Source: Octopus sinensis
Taxonomy: Eukaryota
Assembly (NCBI RefSeq): GCF_006345805.1
Contig: NC_043002.1
Location: 31,496,001-31,560,000 of the forward strand
Length of the DNA stretch: 64,000 bases
Direction of reading: 5' to 3'
The first letter of the stretch is position 1. Every line of letters starts with the position of its first letter. Both the position numbers and the translations under genes were made by a program. The notes beneath the pieces were generated by a model, which had not been told where the DNA came from, ran no database searches, and saw only the letters and a list, made by a program, of their open reading frames with translations. Of this stretch, positions 22,703 through 37,879 are shown in pieces.

Positions 22703-24290
22703 AATCCTGTGATGCTGCATAGTGTACATACGTACACACATGTATAATCCTGACAACTGCTGGATGAAAACTTCAGCATGCTCTCTCCACCAACCACCGT
22801 TTGATGTTTTCTTCATCTATGTTTGGATGCCGAAGAATTTAGCAAAGTTTTCATTGCAATTTCTGCATAGTCGTCCCCGCCCTTTCTGAACGTGGTGTTT
22901 AAAATCCGACAATTTGCTATTCTATCTCTACTCCTTCCTTCTTAAATCATGTCCCATGAAAATCAATTTCAAAATTTTTATTTTTTAGATGACAGCCATT
23001 ATATTTCTTGTAACTTTTATCCTGCTGTTTCTCCACTTAACCATTTTCTTAGTCTTCAGCATTTTCCTTTCCATTGATCTTTATGTTGATCAGGGTGCAT
23101 ACACTGATTGAATAGCTTTCCTTTTAGACATATGGGCAAGTTACTGATGTTATTTAATTTACGACAGGATGTCCCTAATTTGTTTGGTCTAATTTTATTC
23201 TGTAATTGGATTATTAATCCAAGATATGTGCATTGTTTCACATGTTCAACTATTTCACCATCTATTATTGCACTTCCACATGTGTTTAGATAATTGAAGA
23301 TTATTTTCGTTTATAATGATAATTCTGATTTTATCATTATTTAATACTTATTTTAGTATTCTGAGCATATCTGTTATTTCTTTAATGTTCCCGGAAATGA
23401 ATAGGGTATCATCATCGAATTTGAGATGATTTACTAGGCATCCGTTCATATTTATTCCTTTGTCTGACCAATATAAATTCTGGGGAAAAAGAACTTTTCT
23501 AATAGAGATGTAAAGTGTTTGGGTGATATGGTGTTTCCTTGTCTGACACATTTACCAATTTCGATATCATTCGCTTTGTTCATTATAATTGCTGTAGTTC
23601 TACAGTTGGTGTACACGTTCTCTAATAACTTCATTTAGTCCCCTTCGATTCCATTTTTCTCAAGTGTGCTTGGTATGTTATCAATTTTCCTCGTAATGAA
23701 AAGCCATTTCAAAATCTACAAATGTATCATGGTATGTTGCATGTTTAGCTCTTTTCCTTCATTTGGTTTTGTAGCATGTACGTGGTCTATTCTGCTATAG
23801 TTCCTTTTCTGTGCATGTTGTTTGATTGATATATGGTTTCATAGAATTATTTTATTCTTTCCAATATTTTCTCATCTTCTGTAAGCTGTTTTCTGTCCTT
23901 GTCATATAGGATATTGATTGTATTACATCTCGTCCTCACCTTTGTTGCGCAGTTTTTTTTTTCAAGACGTTTGCTGTTTTCATGTTTCCTTGATAATCTC
24001 TGTATCTGATTTTCTTTTATTTTCTAAAAGTTTTCTCCTTATTTTACATAATTTAGTATATTCAGGGCGCTGTGTAGATGAGACTTGTTTCATTGTTCTT
24101 CGGATATTCATGAGATTTATAATGTTTCTTTTTGTTTTGTCTTTTTCATGTTAGATGTAGTGATTTTATTGTCTCAGTAATAATATTCGTTATCTCCTCA
24201 ATATTGCTACTGTCTTTATTTTCCCGAAGTATATATCAAATCTATTTTTCAAAGCTAACTGAAACTGTAAGATTTTTGGTATATGGTCTT
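22700..24290 (-). pseudogene. Decayed RTE-clade LINE
   Basis: CVRQGNTISPKHF, NHLKFDDDT, YLGLII, LPICLKGKLFNQC, EYTKLCKIRRK; many stops and frameshifts. Confidence 0.75.
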
Positions 24291-24435
24291 CCATGCGATT
24301 ATATATATATGTTTGTATGTATGTATATATATATATATATATACAAACATATATGTTTGTATGTATACATATGTACTTCGTTTGTGGGGATTGGTTCTCG
24401 GAATGCATATGCAGTTATAAATAACAGCATATAAA

Positions 24436-25740
24436 TATTGGGTGGAAAAATTCTTTTAGTATGAGAAATGTCGTAGGGTTCGAAACCACAAACCTGCGTT
24501 GTTATATAAATTCATTCGTTTCTTTTGAAATATGGTGGAATTTTACGTTTTCTATCGTAGCCTTTGACGGCTTCTGATAACGCAATTCTTTCTCTACAAA
24601 CTTTGTTTATAGTTTTTGAAATTTGAATGAATTGTGCCTGTTTTCAGAAATATGGCACTCCAATTAGAAAGACAAAATTAGCATTTTCAACACCTGTTTC
24701 TCTATGGTGTCAGTGTAGTTTCGAAAGGTGCCTAAGACGCGCCTGACATATACATGCTGTCTAAGGATTAGACGCTACCATTGAATTGCACATAAAAGAT
24801 TTTCACGCTTTAACTATTGGAAATTTGACATCACAAACCCTCTGCGTTCCGGCCGTCTGTTCTGTTCAATGATGTTACATTGAAGGACCTCATTGACGAA
24901 TATTAAAACCAATCTATTGGAAAATTGACACAGAAAATGTTATATTCTTATAATACCTCCACCCAATACCTTTACTCGATGGCTTAGATCCAAAACTTTA
25001 TGTATGTGTGACGGAGGATCTGAACGAAATTGTCTAACTTAAGCTTTCCTCTATTTCTGCCAGTTTACTCAATCGACACTAGGCTACTCGTCGATACAAA
25101 AAATATTTCTTTATCGCATTGTCATCGGCGACGAAAAGTAATAACTTTACGTCGATGAAGCAGAGGAAAGAATGTTTCTGCCCAGAGAAGCAAGGAAAAC
25201 CTAAATGCAAGTAGGAGCGGGATCTATGCAAAATATTAATCTGAGTTCGGGAGAATTGGGAAAGGCTAAGCCACTACAAAGTCCTTGAAAGCAACCACTC
25301 GGCAATGCAACTTTCACTTTCAGGAAATATATTGGGTCAATGAGGTAATCAAACGGAAATGTTCCAACCGGCAACAGGGCGTTCTTCTTCAACACAGAAT
25401 CGTTCGTAACAACGTTGCTAATTCGACTAAAATTACTATTCAAGAGTTCGATTCGATAGTATTGCACTAACCGCAAGCTCCTGATACAGCAGCTTCGGAT
25501 TCTATTCGTTTTCATTTGGAAAGACTGCTCTTCAGCAATCTTTGAGGTGTTTCTTTCAATAACGTCGTGGAATTGGAAAAGTGGTTTTATGAATCATTAG
25601 AGTCAAGACTCAGAAATTTCTAGTGTTAACACAAGGACAAATTAGTGGAAATTTGGCAAGACATGAATAGGAAAGGAGAATATATTATCGCCTGATTTGT
25701 CAAAACTTACAGTGAAAATTAAGTACTAATATACACAAAC
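24436..25740 (+). mobile_element. Decayed mariner DNA transposon
   Basis: Transposase remnant; left end tattgggtggaaaaa resembles a mariner TIR start; the right TIR is not recognisable. Confidence 0.7.
24652..25695 (+). pseudogene. Mariner transposase pseudogene
   Basis: MALQLERQN*HFQHLFLYG at the start; KRKCSNRQQGVLLQH; GVSFNNVVELEKWFYESLES; C-terminal NRKGEYIIA*, matching the mariner GEY ending. Confidence 0.8.
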
Positions 25741-26371
25741 ATAAAGCAAACGAATTTATCTGTTAAAAGGTACATACATGAAACGAAATTCGAGTAGGCG
25801 TTACAAATCAAGGGGAGGCCGGCATGATAAAATGAGTTTAAGACGACTATATTAAATACCTTATGTGAGAAATGTTTCATTCATTAAACTTCGTTGTTTC
25901 AAAACAAGTTAGACCATATGGTTGGTAGCATTTCGTGCCAAACCTATGTATTATATAGACAATATCCCGAGACTCAAGAGCTTTTCCAAACTGACATGTC
26001 TTGTACACAGACATAAAAGCTTCACATACACTCATGCACACCCAGAGGCACATGCAGACACATACAGACACACACACACACACACACACACACCACACAC
26101 ACACATATATATATATATATGTATGTATATACTTCATTTGTGAATATAAGAAGCATATCTACATATGGTAAAATTAATATATATAAAGAGAGATAGTGAG
26201 GGATTGAGTGCGAAAAATAGACAGACAGGTACTTAGAGGGACAGAAATACATATTCACCAGCAAATGCAGCGCATAAAAGATAGACGTGTGACATAAGCT
26301 CGTTCATATCTGCCGATATCTTAATTCATACACACGCAAATAAGCACCCGTCTTTATATATATATATATAT

Positions 26372-26432
<61 letters not shown>

Positions 26433-26520
26433 ATTTTATTACATTATCACACGGTACATACACGTAATCACAAAGTATACCATGATCATGTTTGTATATA
26501 TATATAATATTATATATATA

Positions 26521-26570
<50 letters not shown>

Positions 26571-26641
26571 ATCTTTATATATATACATATATATATATAC
26601 ATACATATATATATATATATATACATATATATTATATATAC

Positions 26642-26678
<37 letters not shown>

Positions 26679-27408
26679 TAGATTTAGATACATATAATTA
26701 TATATTATCATATGGATGTATGTATGAGTGTATATATAATAGCTCTCCATAAATATATATATATCGATATATATATACGCACACAGATATGTGCACGTAT
26801 TATAGGTATTCATAGATAACGCATATAGTTAAAAGAAAAAAAGAAGAATAACATAATGCTAAAAAATAACGACAAGGAAATATGTTAACCAGAAATTAAA
26901 TATTACTTCCCTGCCGCTTAAGTCAGCCATTTTTTTTCCTACATTTTCCCTTACTCTGCTAGCAATTACCAATTCTCACGACTCAATAATATTTAACAAT
27001 AGAGAAAGACAAAACAACAAAAATATATTGAAATGTAAGATAAGAATTTGTGACTATAGAATTTTTAGTTATTTTGTCATGCTGTCTGATTTTCACAAAT
27101 TATGACAAGAAAAATTTATGAAAGGAATATATTTCATTTAGTTTTGATTTATGTGTATATTTGTTTTATTTTTGTAATTTATATGTCTATGTTGCTTTTG
27201 TTTTTGTCTGCTTTTTGTCTATTTGATTTATCATATTAATCTGTTAGTTTTGCTCACTGTTTTTACATTTTTTTGCTACATTTTGTAACCTTATCTCTCA
27301 GGATCGTGTTATATAGTTTAAGATGCAACAACAATAATAATAAAATCAACATGAAGAAGAAGAACAACAACAACAATAACAATAATAATAATAATAATAA
27401 TAATAATG

Positions 27409-27450
<42 letters not shown>

Positions 27451-27594
27451 GCAACAACAACAGCAATAACTTAGCCACAACTTAGTTGCATATTGCAATT
27501 TAATTGGAAGTAAATTTGATTCCAAAATATACCCAAATGCCTGCTGCCTACACCAAAATAACTTTTACTATACGTACATACATGCATACGTATA

Positions 27595-27637
<43 letters not shown>

Positions 27638-27679
27638 GTAATATTTTTACTGGTGCATATTCATACACAATCACGCATT

Positions 27680-27792
<113 letters not shown>

Positions 27793-27794
27793 TA

Positions 27795-27834
<40 letters not shown>

Positions 27835-28129
27835 GAAAGAGTGCTACATACATGTCACGTATGGATATGAAAGTTAATATATTCATGTGTATATGCATAT
27901 ATATAAAACTACAGTTACATATGTCTTGCAAATGGGTTTTATGTATGTTTGTATATGTTATGCATTTATGAATATACATATGTACATGTTCCGCTATGTA
28001 TGATTATGTGTGCGCGCACGCACATCTGCTTGTAAATATACTTTGCATAATCATATAGTCTGTTAATCTTTCTTTCACATCTGTATCACTGTCTTTATAA
28101 TATCTGCGTATTTTCCCCTTTTCTCTCAG

Positions 28130-28187
<58 letters not shown>

Positions 28188-28205
28188 ACGTGTGTGCGTG
28201 CGTAC

Positions 28206-28280
<75 letters not shown>

Positions 28281-29003
28281 ATTTATATATGCTTGCAAAT
28301 ACATATATTTACTGCCATCTTATCTTCGTATTTATCTGTGACTTTTAAAAGCCATAAATATGTAGAAACGCTTTTAAATTTGAGACGAAACACGCCCATG
28401 TCTTAGCATATTTTCTCAGAGATCTCTCAAAATTATCACATATATTTCACTACATGCACTTCTAAACTTCAATATGTACATAAATACTCTTATGCGACTA
28501 TGAGATAAAGTCTGTAATTTTATATTTATATTTCTTAATTTTTTCCAGAAAATAATTTTAAGCTTGCTACTACTGTTCACCTTTCTCACATATATACGCA
28601 CACATATACGCAATAATATATATGCACACACACATACATACATGCATACATGCATACATAAATATATACATACATACATATTTATATGTATATAGGTTTG
28701 TTGTATGTATATGACACATATTTTTAAGTATGTATGTTTGTTGTATGTATATATATGTATATATACGAATACATTTATATATCTATGTATGTGTGTGCCT
28801 ATGTGTGTGCCATTGTTTACATATTTGTCGGTAATAAGTTTATTGCATGCCAATTCGCTGTGCATCTTAACGCGAGTAAGAAATTTATTGGAGATAAATG
28901 CCTAAATATGCGCTAGAAGCATCTAAAGTGCAATCGGTCTCCGGTCTCGTAGCAAAAGTGCACCTATGTATGTATGCATATATATATATATATATATATA
29001 TAC

Positions 29004-29107
<104 letters not shown>

Positions 29108-29734
29108 GTGTATTGTGTGTATTTCTGAATGTATATTCATATACGTATAAATATATAAATGTATATACACACACAGACACAAACTCGAAAGCACATGCAT
29201 CTATACATATTTGAATATAGATTGATATGTATGTTAATATATGCTTTCCTATTTGTTACTATATGTTTTCCTGTGTGATGGTGAAAATTAAATGACGCAT
29301 AATATATATTTTTGTAGAGGAGTGATGTTTCGTTTTAAGAAATCGTACAAATTTATCGTATTTTATTTGACTTCTTTAAATATCTTAGCTTGTGTCCTAA
29401 TACTAGAGAATATTGGCAAATGTTTATATAATGATTTTTTTTTGCATGAGTACAAATTAAATGCTTTTGTACAAGTATCTTCTTTAGTTACTATGTGAGA
29501 TGTATATATTTTGCTTGCATTTAAAAAGTTTTTCTCCGATAGATATCTATCCAGTGTCCCCGCACAAAAACAGGATTTATTCTTTAGAATAAAGAGAACT
29601 TGAAATAAGTATGAGAGCAGGCATGCATTTATGCTTGTATTTTTGTAATAGTAATCTATACACGCACACAAACACATACGTATGCATGTATTCAAGCATC
29701 TGTACCTATACATGTGTGTGCTTCTATGATTGTC

Positions 29735-29915
29735 TCCCTTAACACTTGAGATCCGGTGTTGGTGTGTCTCCGTCTCTGTAGTTCGGAAAAAAAGGGGCTT
29801 ATGGAATAAGTACCAGGCTTAAAAACATGTACTGGAGATTTTTCATTCGACTAAAAGATTCTTCCAGGCCGTCCCCCAGCATGGCCGCAATCTCTTTGCT
29901 AAATCAAGTATAAAG

Positions 29916-29918
<3 letters not shown>
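29735..29918 (+). mobile_element. SINE family S2-like 3' fragment
   Basis: gaataagtaccaggctt...cgactaaa...ccccagcatggccgc. Confidence 0.65.
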
Positions 29919-29948
<30 letters not shown>

Positions 29949-30559
29949 TACAACACACCACCATATTATTTGGTTTGTGGTCTATACAATAGGTACCAAT
30001 TATTCGTTATTAAGTTTTAAGCTTCCGAGTCCTTTTACAGGGCTTAGAAAAAACTGAATGACCGCTGCAGTATGTTTGTGACACTGAGAGTGGAATATGT
30101 TGAATGAAATCATAATTAGCTAATCCTCCTGTATTTTCTCTTGCTCAAAGCCAGAAAATTTTCAGCGCCCTCTCGTTTATGTGTGAGTGTGTTTGTGTTT
30201 GTGCTTTTCAACGGCTGTGTGTGTGTTTGTACATTTAAGTATGCACGTCATTATATCAGTTTACAAATGTATATCTACTCATACATATTCTTGTATACCT
30301 ATATGTGTACACCTTAAAATTCTGGAACGTTTCACTTAATTCTAGTTTCTTTAATGAAATATAATTCCCAATTTGATATATACTGAGCTATAGGCGCTTT
30401 CCAAATATGGTAAAATACTGTAGTTCAGAGTACCGCATAGTAAAATCTAAGATGATCTTTCATTATTCCGAAACGAGCATCTCAGTGACACGTGAACGAC
30501 CGCGTTCCACATTTATATTTTACATAGATACATAATATTTTCATTATCAATTGATTTAT

Positions 30560-30775
30560 AAGGCGGAGGGCTGGCAGAATTGTTATCACACCTCTTAAAG
30601 TGCTTAGCGATATTTCGACCGTCTTTATGTTCTGAGTTCAAATATGCCGGAGTTATTTTTTCCTTCCATCCTTTCGGTGTCGATAAATTCCGTCCCTGAG
30701 AAACACTAGGGTCGATGTAATCGACTAGTTTCCTCCCCTAAAACTTCAGGTTTTGTACCTTTAGTTGAAAGGATT
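30560..30775 (+). mobile_element. SINE family S1 variant
   Basis: aaggcggagggctggcagaa...gttctgagttcaaat. Confidence 0.75.
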
Positions 30776-30957
30776 TCTACTAAAGTGAATTAATTTTATG
30801 TAAGAATTGTCCCGTTTAAACATATTATTTATTATCTACATACATATCAATAAAGACAGGAAAAACAAATCAAATGGAATTTATATGGATAGCAATCTAT
30901 AATAAAAACACTTATGTAAGTAAAAATATTATACTTATTGACTCAAAGTTATATATA

Positions 30958-31140
30958 TCGGTGTGTGGTAAGAACATTGCTTCCCAACCACATGGTTCCG
31001 GGTTCATGCCCACTCCGTGGCCTCCTGGGCAACAGCTTCTACTTAGCTAATGGTTAACCAAAGCCATGTGAGTGGATTTCTTTGGCGGAAACTGAAAGAA
31101 TCACATCGTATGTATGTTTGGTTTTTTCGCTGTTGGAAAA
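30958..31140 (+). mobile_element. SINE family S2, 5' half
   Basis: gtgtggtaagaacattgcttcccaaccacatggttccgggttc. Confidence 0.75.
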
Positions 31141-31810
31141 AAGTTCGTTTCTATGTTTTTGCTTTTATGTTTTCGTTTTTCCTTGTGTTCAAGGTTTTTT
31201 TAATGTCCTGTACCCATATATGCATGTATATATACATATATATGTAGGTATGTACATATATGTATGCATATATGCATATATTTATATATATATATATATA
31301 TATATACACATACATACACACACACGTGTGTGTGTATGTGCGTGTGTTTGTGTACATGTCTTTGGGCCTGTGTTTATGTCCCTACCACCGCTTGAGAAAT
31401 GTTTGGGGAGAAATATGAGACAGAGTACTGTATTAATTTCTGCATTGTGTATTATTTCCTCCCTTTATGTTCTATCTTCGAAGGAACAAGTTACTAATTC
31501 CTGTTTCTTTCTCTGGAACCAATATACTAAATACTAATGTTGAGATTTTAAAGATAATCAAAAATATAACTCTTAGAATGCACGAGCTTGTACCAATGTA
31601 AGAAATTATTACATAAAACATTTGAGGGTTTGGCATTTAAGCTCATATTTTCCTCAAAATTTTCTCATAGCATGTTATGCGTCATTATAGGAATCACAAA
31701 CACTTTATTCAGTTTCGAACAGAATCAAGCTATAATATTACACAAACACACGCATGTGTGCAGGCACACTCGCATTTATATTCTCCTATATATTTATATA
31801 TCCATCCATC

Positions 31811-31893
<83 letters not shown>

Positions 31894-31917
31894 TACACAC
31901 ATGCAAACAAACATATC

Positions 31918-31976
<59 letters not shown>

Positions 31977-31977
31977 T

Positions 31978-32590
31978 TCTTTACTGCCCACAAGGGGCTA
32001 AACATAGAGGGGACAAACAAGGACAGACGAAGGGATTGAGTCGATTATTTCGCCCCCAGTGCGAAACTGGTACTTTATCACTCACACAGGAACACACTTT
32101 AAGGATGTGTATGTATTTCTGTATATGTTTCCCTATTCCTGTATATTGTTGTAAATTTCATCAGCATTTTCCTGGGTTTTCTTCCTTTTTTTTTATTACT
32201 GAGGGCGGCGAGGCGGTAGAATTGTTAGCGCATCGGAGAAAATGCTTACTATTATTTCTTTCGGCTCTTTACATTTTAAGCTCACACCCCGCCGAGGTCA
32301 GCTCTACCTTTCATTCTTCGGGTTCAATAAAGCAATATGCCCGTCAAGACCTGTCGTTGATTCGAATCGATTTCCCCATATTTCCGGTCGTGTTTCGAAA
32401 TTATATGTGAAAGATTGATGGATTAGCAGAATTATTGAAGCAGCATACAAAATTCTTGAATTCTGTTCAGGAATTTTCCTTCTGAGTTCGAATACCGTTG
32501 AAGGTCAACTTCGCCTTTCAGCGTTTCTGCGTCGATATAAAGTACCAATGAAATACTGGGGTCGATTTAATTGACTAAGACTTACTCCAA
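31978..32590. mobile_element. Cluster of S1 fragments: 31978-32080 (-), 32203-32405 (+), 32420-32590 (+)
   Basis: cccacaaggggctaaac tail; ggcggcgaggcggtagaa head; gagttcgaatacc B-box. Confidence 0.7.
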
Positions 32591-34559
32591 CATTTTTATT
32601 TGGTATTTACGCAAGAAACAATGATGATAATTATAATTAACCTTATTAATTACAATATCTTCGTAATTGATTTTTTCGCTCCAGTTTAATCCTTGATCGA
32701 AAAAATTCGTTTAAGCTTTTCCCGTTAAGTTCGTTCTTGTTTTTATTTAGACACATTTTTTTCTGGAACTAGATAGGAAAAAATATATTTATGGAAAAGG
32801 AATGTACATTGTGATTTGAATACGGATTTGCTACTATTTCTAAAGGACCAGCAAATGCACAGAATCTTCTTTCTTAGTAGATGTTATTTATTGCCTCTGT
32901 TCGTTTGTTATTGTTCTTATCGTTTAGCCTAATGTCTGTCCTGACCATTACATCTACCCAATATTTCATTTTCTGTTTTTAAATACGCTAGAATGTAATA
33001 TAATGGATGTGTGTAAGCTATTTCTAGCACATGTAGTGACCCTAAAGAAGCTCTCTCGTTGTTTTGTTGTTGTTGCTGTTGTTATAGCTATTGTTGGTGC
33101 TGTTGCTGTTGTTATTATTTTAATTTCCGATAATCCATGTCGGGTGAGTTGAGAAGACTTATGAAAATTATAATCATGGCTGTCAACAACAATAAAAATC
33201 ATAAATGTCTTCAAATGAAGAAATTCCATCTGGACTGAATGGCTTTAATTACTTTTTATAAAATTATCCACCAACCTTTTTCTTCTTCTTCTTCCTATTG
33301 CCCAACTGGTTTTTGCTGTTAACATTTTTTTATTTGTTTCATTTGCTGTTATTTTTGAAATTGTTATTTGATAATATTTCGTTTTTGTTCAGTGTTTTAA
33401 TTTTTTTCTTTATTTTATAACATTGTGTTGTTGTTGTTGTTGTTGATGGGTCTGTTGATTGATAGCCATCTCATTCTTCATTGTCATTGTTGTTCATGTC
33501 ATAACCACGCTAACAATAAGTCATTATATCGCTGTTGTTGCTACTGTTCTATAGCTGTTGTTGATATTGTTTATGATGATGAAAATGATATTGCTATTTA
33601 TGGGGGAGCTGTTTTATTCATATTCATTTACTGTTACTGTTATATGCCTTCCGCCTTTCGGCTATGACATTTTATGTGTTTGGTTCAAATCTCAACTGAG
33701 TTTCACATTACATTTTTACTCTTCGTGGATCGATAAAAGAACTATTAATCGATATTCTATATCATCGATGGCAGTCCTTCACGGGCGCACATCTAAAAAT
33801 TACTTTTAAAAAACAGGCTTCATTTTTTTTTCTGATTCATTTTGCCAAGGGGATTTTGCTGTAGTTAAAACCCATATCATTTTTGATAGAACAGATGTAT
33901 TATAAAAGCACACATCCATAGCTATCTCTCTTTTATTCTATATTTTGATGATACTGATATGGTATATTATTACATTTTAAAACCTACTAATGTGATTGTA
34001 AGCAAATCTAGGTAATACGTTTCACAAAATATAACTAGGACTACATTGTTCAACGTAGTCTTGTTTGAATTACTTGAGCTTATTGTCATCTAAGTGCGAT
34101 TTTGATAATATTTATTGTAAATTAACGAAGTTCGTAAAGGTCCAGCGTATCGATCGTTCATATCAATCTACATATTTTGTTTAGGCCTCCCACTTCTTGA
34201 TTACCCGCTTTGTGGGACCTTTTGTGGGACCTCTAATTTCTCTAACTTTATTCATAGCTATCTCTACCTTTATACTTTACAATTATACGCGTTTGTGATC
34301 TTTGGATTATATCTAATAATGAATTACACTAATTATATTTATTCTCTTCCTATTATATAAACCTACCCCCGAAAAGATATATCGCTGCTAACATATAACT
34401 TTACATCATTTTATAAATGTTATACTCTCCTCCACAGTTGATAACTTTCAACCATTTAGTAACTGGAGAGCCCAGCGGCTATATGCTCAAAAGGATACCG
34501 TAAAACTATTTTCTTTAGTTTTCATCTTCGTAGATATATCGGTTTTGTCAGATTCCCTA

Positions 34560-35170
34560 GGTAACTTCTGCCTTGGAAAATTTGTACTGCACCTGACAGC
34601 AGTTTCGGAGAATTTCCATTCCTGTGAACCTTGATTTAGTAGTATATTTAAGATAAGACACCACGAAAAAGGGTACGAATTTGATAATTTTGAGCCAGTA
34701 ATTGTTCTAAATGCAGAGATCAAGATTATGGCTAAGGTGTTTGGCAAGGAGTTGGCGGTTGTCAAGGATGGTCCAGCTGGTAATGTGCAAATATGTGCAA
34801 TCTCAAAGAGGTCCATCTATGTCAAACTCCATTTCAGCGGATACAGAACAGAAACGGCAAGTAAAGAAACTAGCATGGACAAGACACTGTCAAATTTAGA
34901 TCAAAATGCTTTCGATAGGTTCGGCCAGCAAAATTTGGCGGCGGTTCTCAAAGCAATTAATTTCAGGACCGTTTTAAGAACATGGGTCACTGCACTACAC
35001 AGCGACATTTACTCTGTGGTCATAGTGGTCAGCAGTCAGGTCTCTCGATATCCTACGTTCAGTCCAGCATGTGTGACACCTCTCACCTGTTCTTGTGTGT
35101 ACTGATTGTAGACCTATTACTGCAGAAACGGGAGTTTTGACGAGTATCAACGAGAATTTCGATGCAAAAG
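34560..35170 (+). pseudogene. Old Tx1-like RT fragment
   Basis: DNFEPVIVLNAEIKIMAKVFGKELAVV and NLDQNAFDRFGQQNLAAVLKA align with SNYRPITLLNVELKILAKVLAKRLTVV and HLDQSKAFDRVDHGYLAAVLEA in ORF 9843-10412. Confidence 0.8.
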
Positions 35171-35339
35171 ATCTGCATTTGCATACACAAATAACGTCAC
35201 TATTATAGTGTTGGACACCTAAGTGATCAACATAGAAACAAGGGAATAAGAGGCACAGAGAGAGATAAACATTAACAAGGGGCAGTTGGGCCTGCTTCAC
35301 ATCAGGAGTGGTTGGTGCATGCCTTCCAAAAGTATATTT

Positions 35340-35651
35340 AAGGCGCATGGCTCAGAGGTTGGGGCGTCGAGCTTACGATCGTGAGATTGCGAGTTCGATT
35401 CCCGGGCCGGGCTTCGTGTTGTGTTCTTGAGCAAGACACTTTATTTCACGTTGCTCTAGTTAACTCAGCTGTAGAAATGAGTTGCGACATCATTGGTGGC
35501 AAGCTGTATCGGCCGTCGCCTTTCCCTTGGATAACACTGGTGGTGTGGAGTGAGGCGACAGCTGGCCTTCCCTAAACAACCTTGCCCAAATTTGTGCCTC
35601 GGAGAGTGACTTTCTAGGTGCAATCCCATGGTCATTCATGACCGAAGGGGG

Positions 35652-35655
<4 letters not shown>
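35340..35655 (+). mobile_element. tRNA-derived SINE related to S3, with a different 3' part
   Basis: ggcgcatggctcagaggtt...gagttcgattcccgggcc; tgtgttcttgagcaagacactttatttcac. Confidence 0.75.
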
Positions 35656-35727
<72 letters not shown>

Positions 35728-35729
<2 letters not shown>

Positions 35730-36480
35730 TTGATACTTTGATACTTTGATAGGTTTCGGCCATTATTGGCCCAGGCCATGTCTAACTTAATAGCACCACC
35801 TGGTGAAGTCTTTCAAGTCAGAATTTGGGCACTATGGCCCACTCAAGTAGAGAGTTATTGTTACAGAGACATATCCGGGTGTAGGGGGTTTATCCGGGAT
35901 TTCTTGAAGGAATCTGTCCAAAGACTTCTTGAACCCTATAGGGTCAGTTTCTGTTTTAATGTGTTTTGGTGTAATGTTAAAGAGAGCGGGGCCAATTGAG
36001 GTGAAATAATTGTGCCGTATTGTTGTTATGAGATGAGAGTGCGATTTTTGTTTTGGGCGGATGGCACGGGGCCCAAGCCTTGGATGTACCTTGAAGGTGA
36101 TGCCAACATCATTTGGGCAATGCTGATGGAATATTTTCCACATCATGCAGATGATGTAGCGCTCACGACGACGTTGGAGAGAATAGAGTTTTAGCTTTTC
36201 TAGTCGACCCCAATAGTCGAGGCCTGTCATGCCATCTATCTTTTTTGTGATTGCCCTTTGAGGTGCTTCAACTTTTATGATACCTTGTGTTGTGTGGGGA
36301 GACCACAGTGGACAACAGTATTCAAGGTGGGGTCGGGCAAAAGTGGAGAAGAGAAGGATAATGGTGTGAATATCTCTCGACTGGAAAGTTCTGAGAATCC
36401 AGGAACACATTCTGCGGGCCATGTCAACTTTGGTGTTTATATGAGTGGCCCAGCTTATGTTGTTGTCCACAATTACTCCC
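35728..36480 (-). mobile_element. 5'-truncated CR1-group LINE (second family) with (ATCAAAGT)n tail
   Basis: ORF 35832-36482 (ARPHLEYCCPLWSP, KLKLYSLQRRRERY) is homologous to the C-terminus of 14701-15921; both ends in (TA)n. Confidence 0.9.
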
Positions 36481-36501
36481 ATATATATATATATATATAT
36501 A

Positions 36502-36690
36502 AGGGCAGGCGTGGCTATGTGGTAAGAAGGTTACTTCCCAACCACATGGTCATGAGTTCAATCCCACTGGATGGCATCTTGGGCTTGTGTCTTCTTCTAT
36601 AACCACGGGCCGACCAAAGACTTGTGAACTGAGTGAAGCCCGTCGTCTATGTGTGTGTATGTGTGTGAGTGCGTAAGTGTGTGTGTGTCA
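36502..36690 (+). mobile_element. SINE family S2, 5' half
   Basis: gggcaggcgtggctatgtggtaagaag...ggcatcttgggc. Confidence 0.75.
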
Positions 36691-37295
36691 ATATATTCAT
36701 ATATGCGCTTATGCATATATCTGTTTATCTATCTCTATCGCCCTCTCACTGTATTTATTTACAAGCATAATGCATACACATATACACACAAATATACACA
36801 CGCCCGCGCGCGTATTTGACTGGTTGCGTGGATGTATATTCGTTTATTATCTTATAATGAAAATTTTGATTTGGTTTCTAATATTCAGAAATCCATATCA
36901 GAAACTCAATTGCCATCAAGTAGTTAGGTTGACGTCTACAATTGTCATGTGCTGTGAACAGCTATTGTTGCACACGACTGCCATATTTATGATGATCTGG
37001 TGCCATTATCATAAAGCCATAGAACTGCTACACTGTGGACACGTAATAACGACAATATCATTTCCAACTACGAGTGAAGTATGATTTGTGAACTTTGTAT
37101 TGTGTTACTGTAATATAGAGGAAGAAGATGTAAAATGACGTTGGTCTGCGTTCATGATAATAATAAGGTTCTCATATACGAACAAGATTCAAATACATCA
37201 TTTACCGAATGGAACCCTATTTCTTAATCAGCATATCTGTCTGTCATTCTGTTTCTTTCTCATCACCTCTTTCTCCCTCTCCCTCCTCTCTCTCT

Positions 37296-37348
<53 letters not shown>

Positions 37349-37404
37349 ATATATATATAGATAGATAGGTAGATAGATAGATAGATAGATAGAGATATAG
37401 TCTT

Positions 37405-37610
37405 TTAGTCTTTTGGTCTTTTACTTGTTTCAGTCATTTCACAGCGGTCATGCTAGAGCACCGCCGTTAGTCGAAGAAATCGGCCCCAGAACTTATTCTT
37501 TGTAAGCCTAGTACTTATTCTGTTTTACTAAAACACTAAGTTACTGAGACGTAAACACACCAACATCGGTTGCCAAGCGATGGTGCTAGAGACAAGCACA
37601 GACACACACT
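37405..37610 (-). mobile_element. SINE family S2, 3' half
   Basis: Reverse complement of the ggcggtgctctagcatgaccgc...gaaatgactgaaacaag tail. Confidence 0.8.
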
Positions 37611-37726
37611 CTGAGTAACAGCTTTTATTATATTTCTGCTGCTTTTAAATAAAGCATATTACTCTACTCCTGGTATTTGGGAGCTCTTTTTTTCCACCTT
37701 GTTTCACATTTATGTGCTTACTCCGG

Positions 37727-37758
<32 letters not shown>

Positions 37759-37879
37759 CAGTTATGAGTTTCCTGGAAGAGATTTTTCTCCATGTGATGT
37801 CTTCTATAAGGTGATATATAACAAACGAAGGAAAAATGCTTACAATTTATACATACATACATACACATATATATACATA

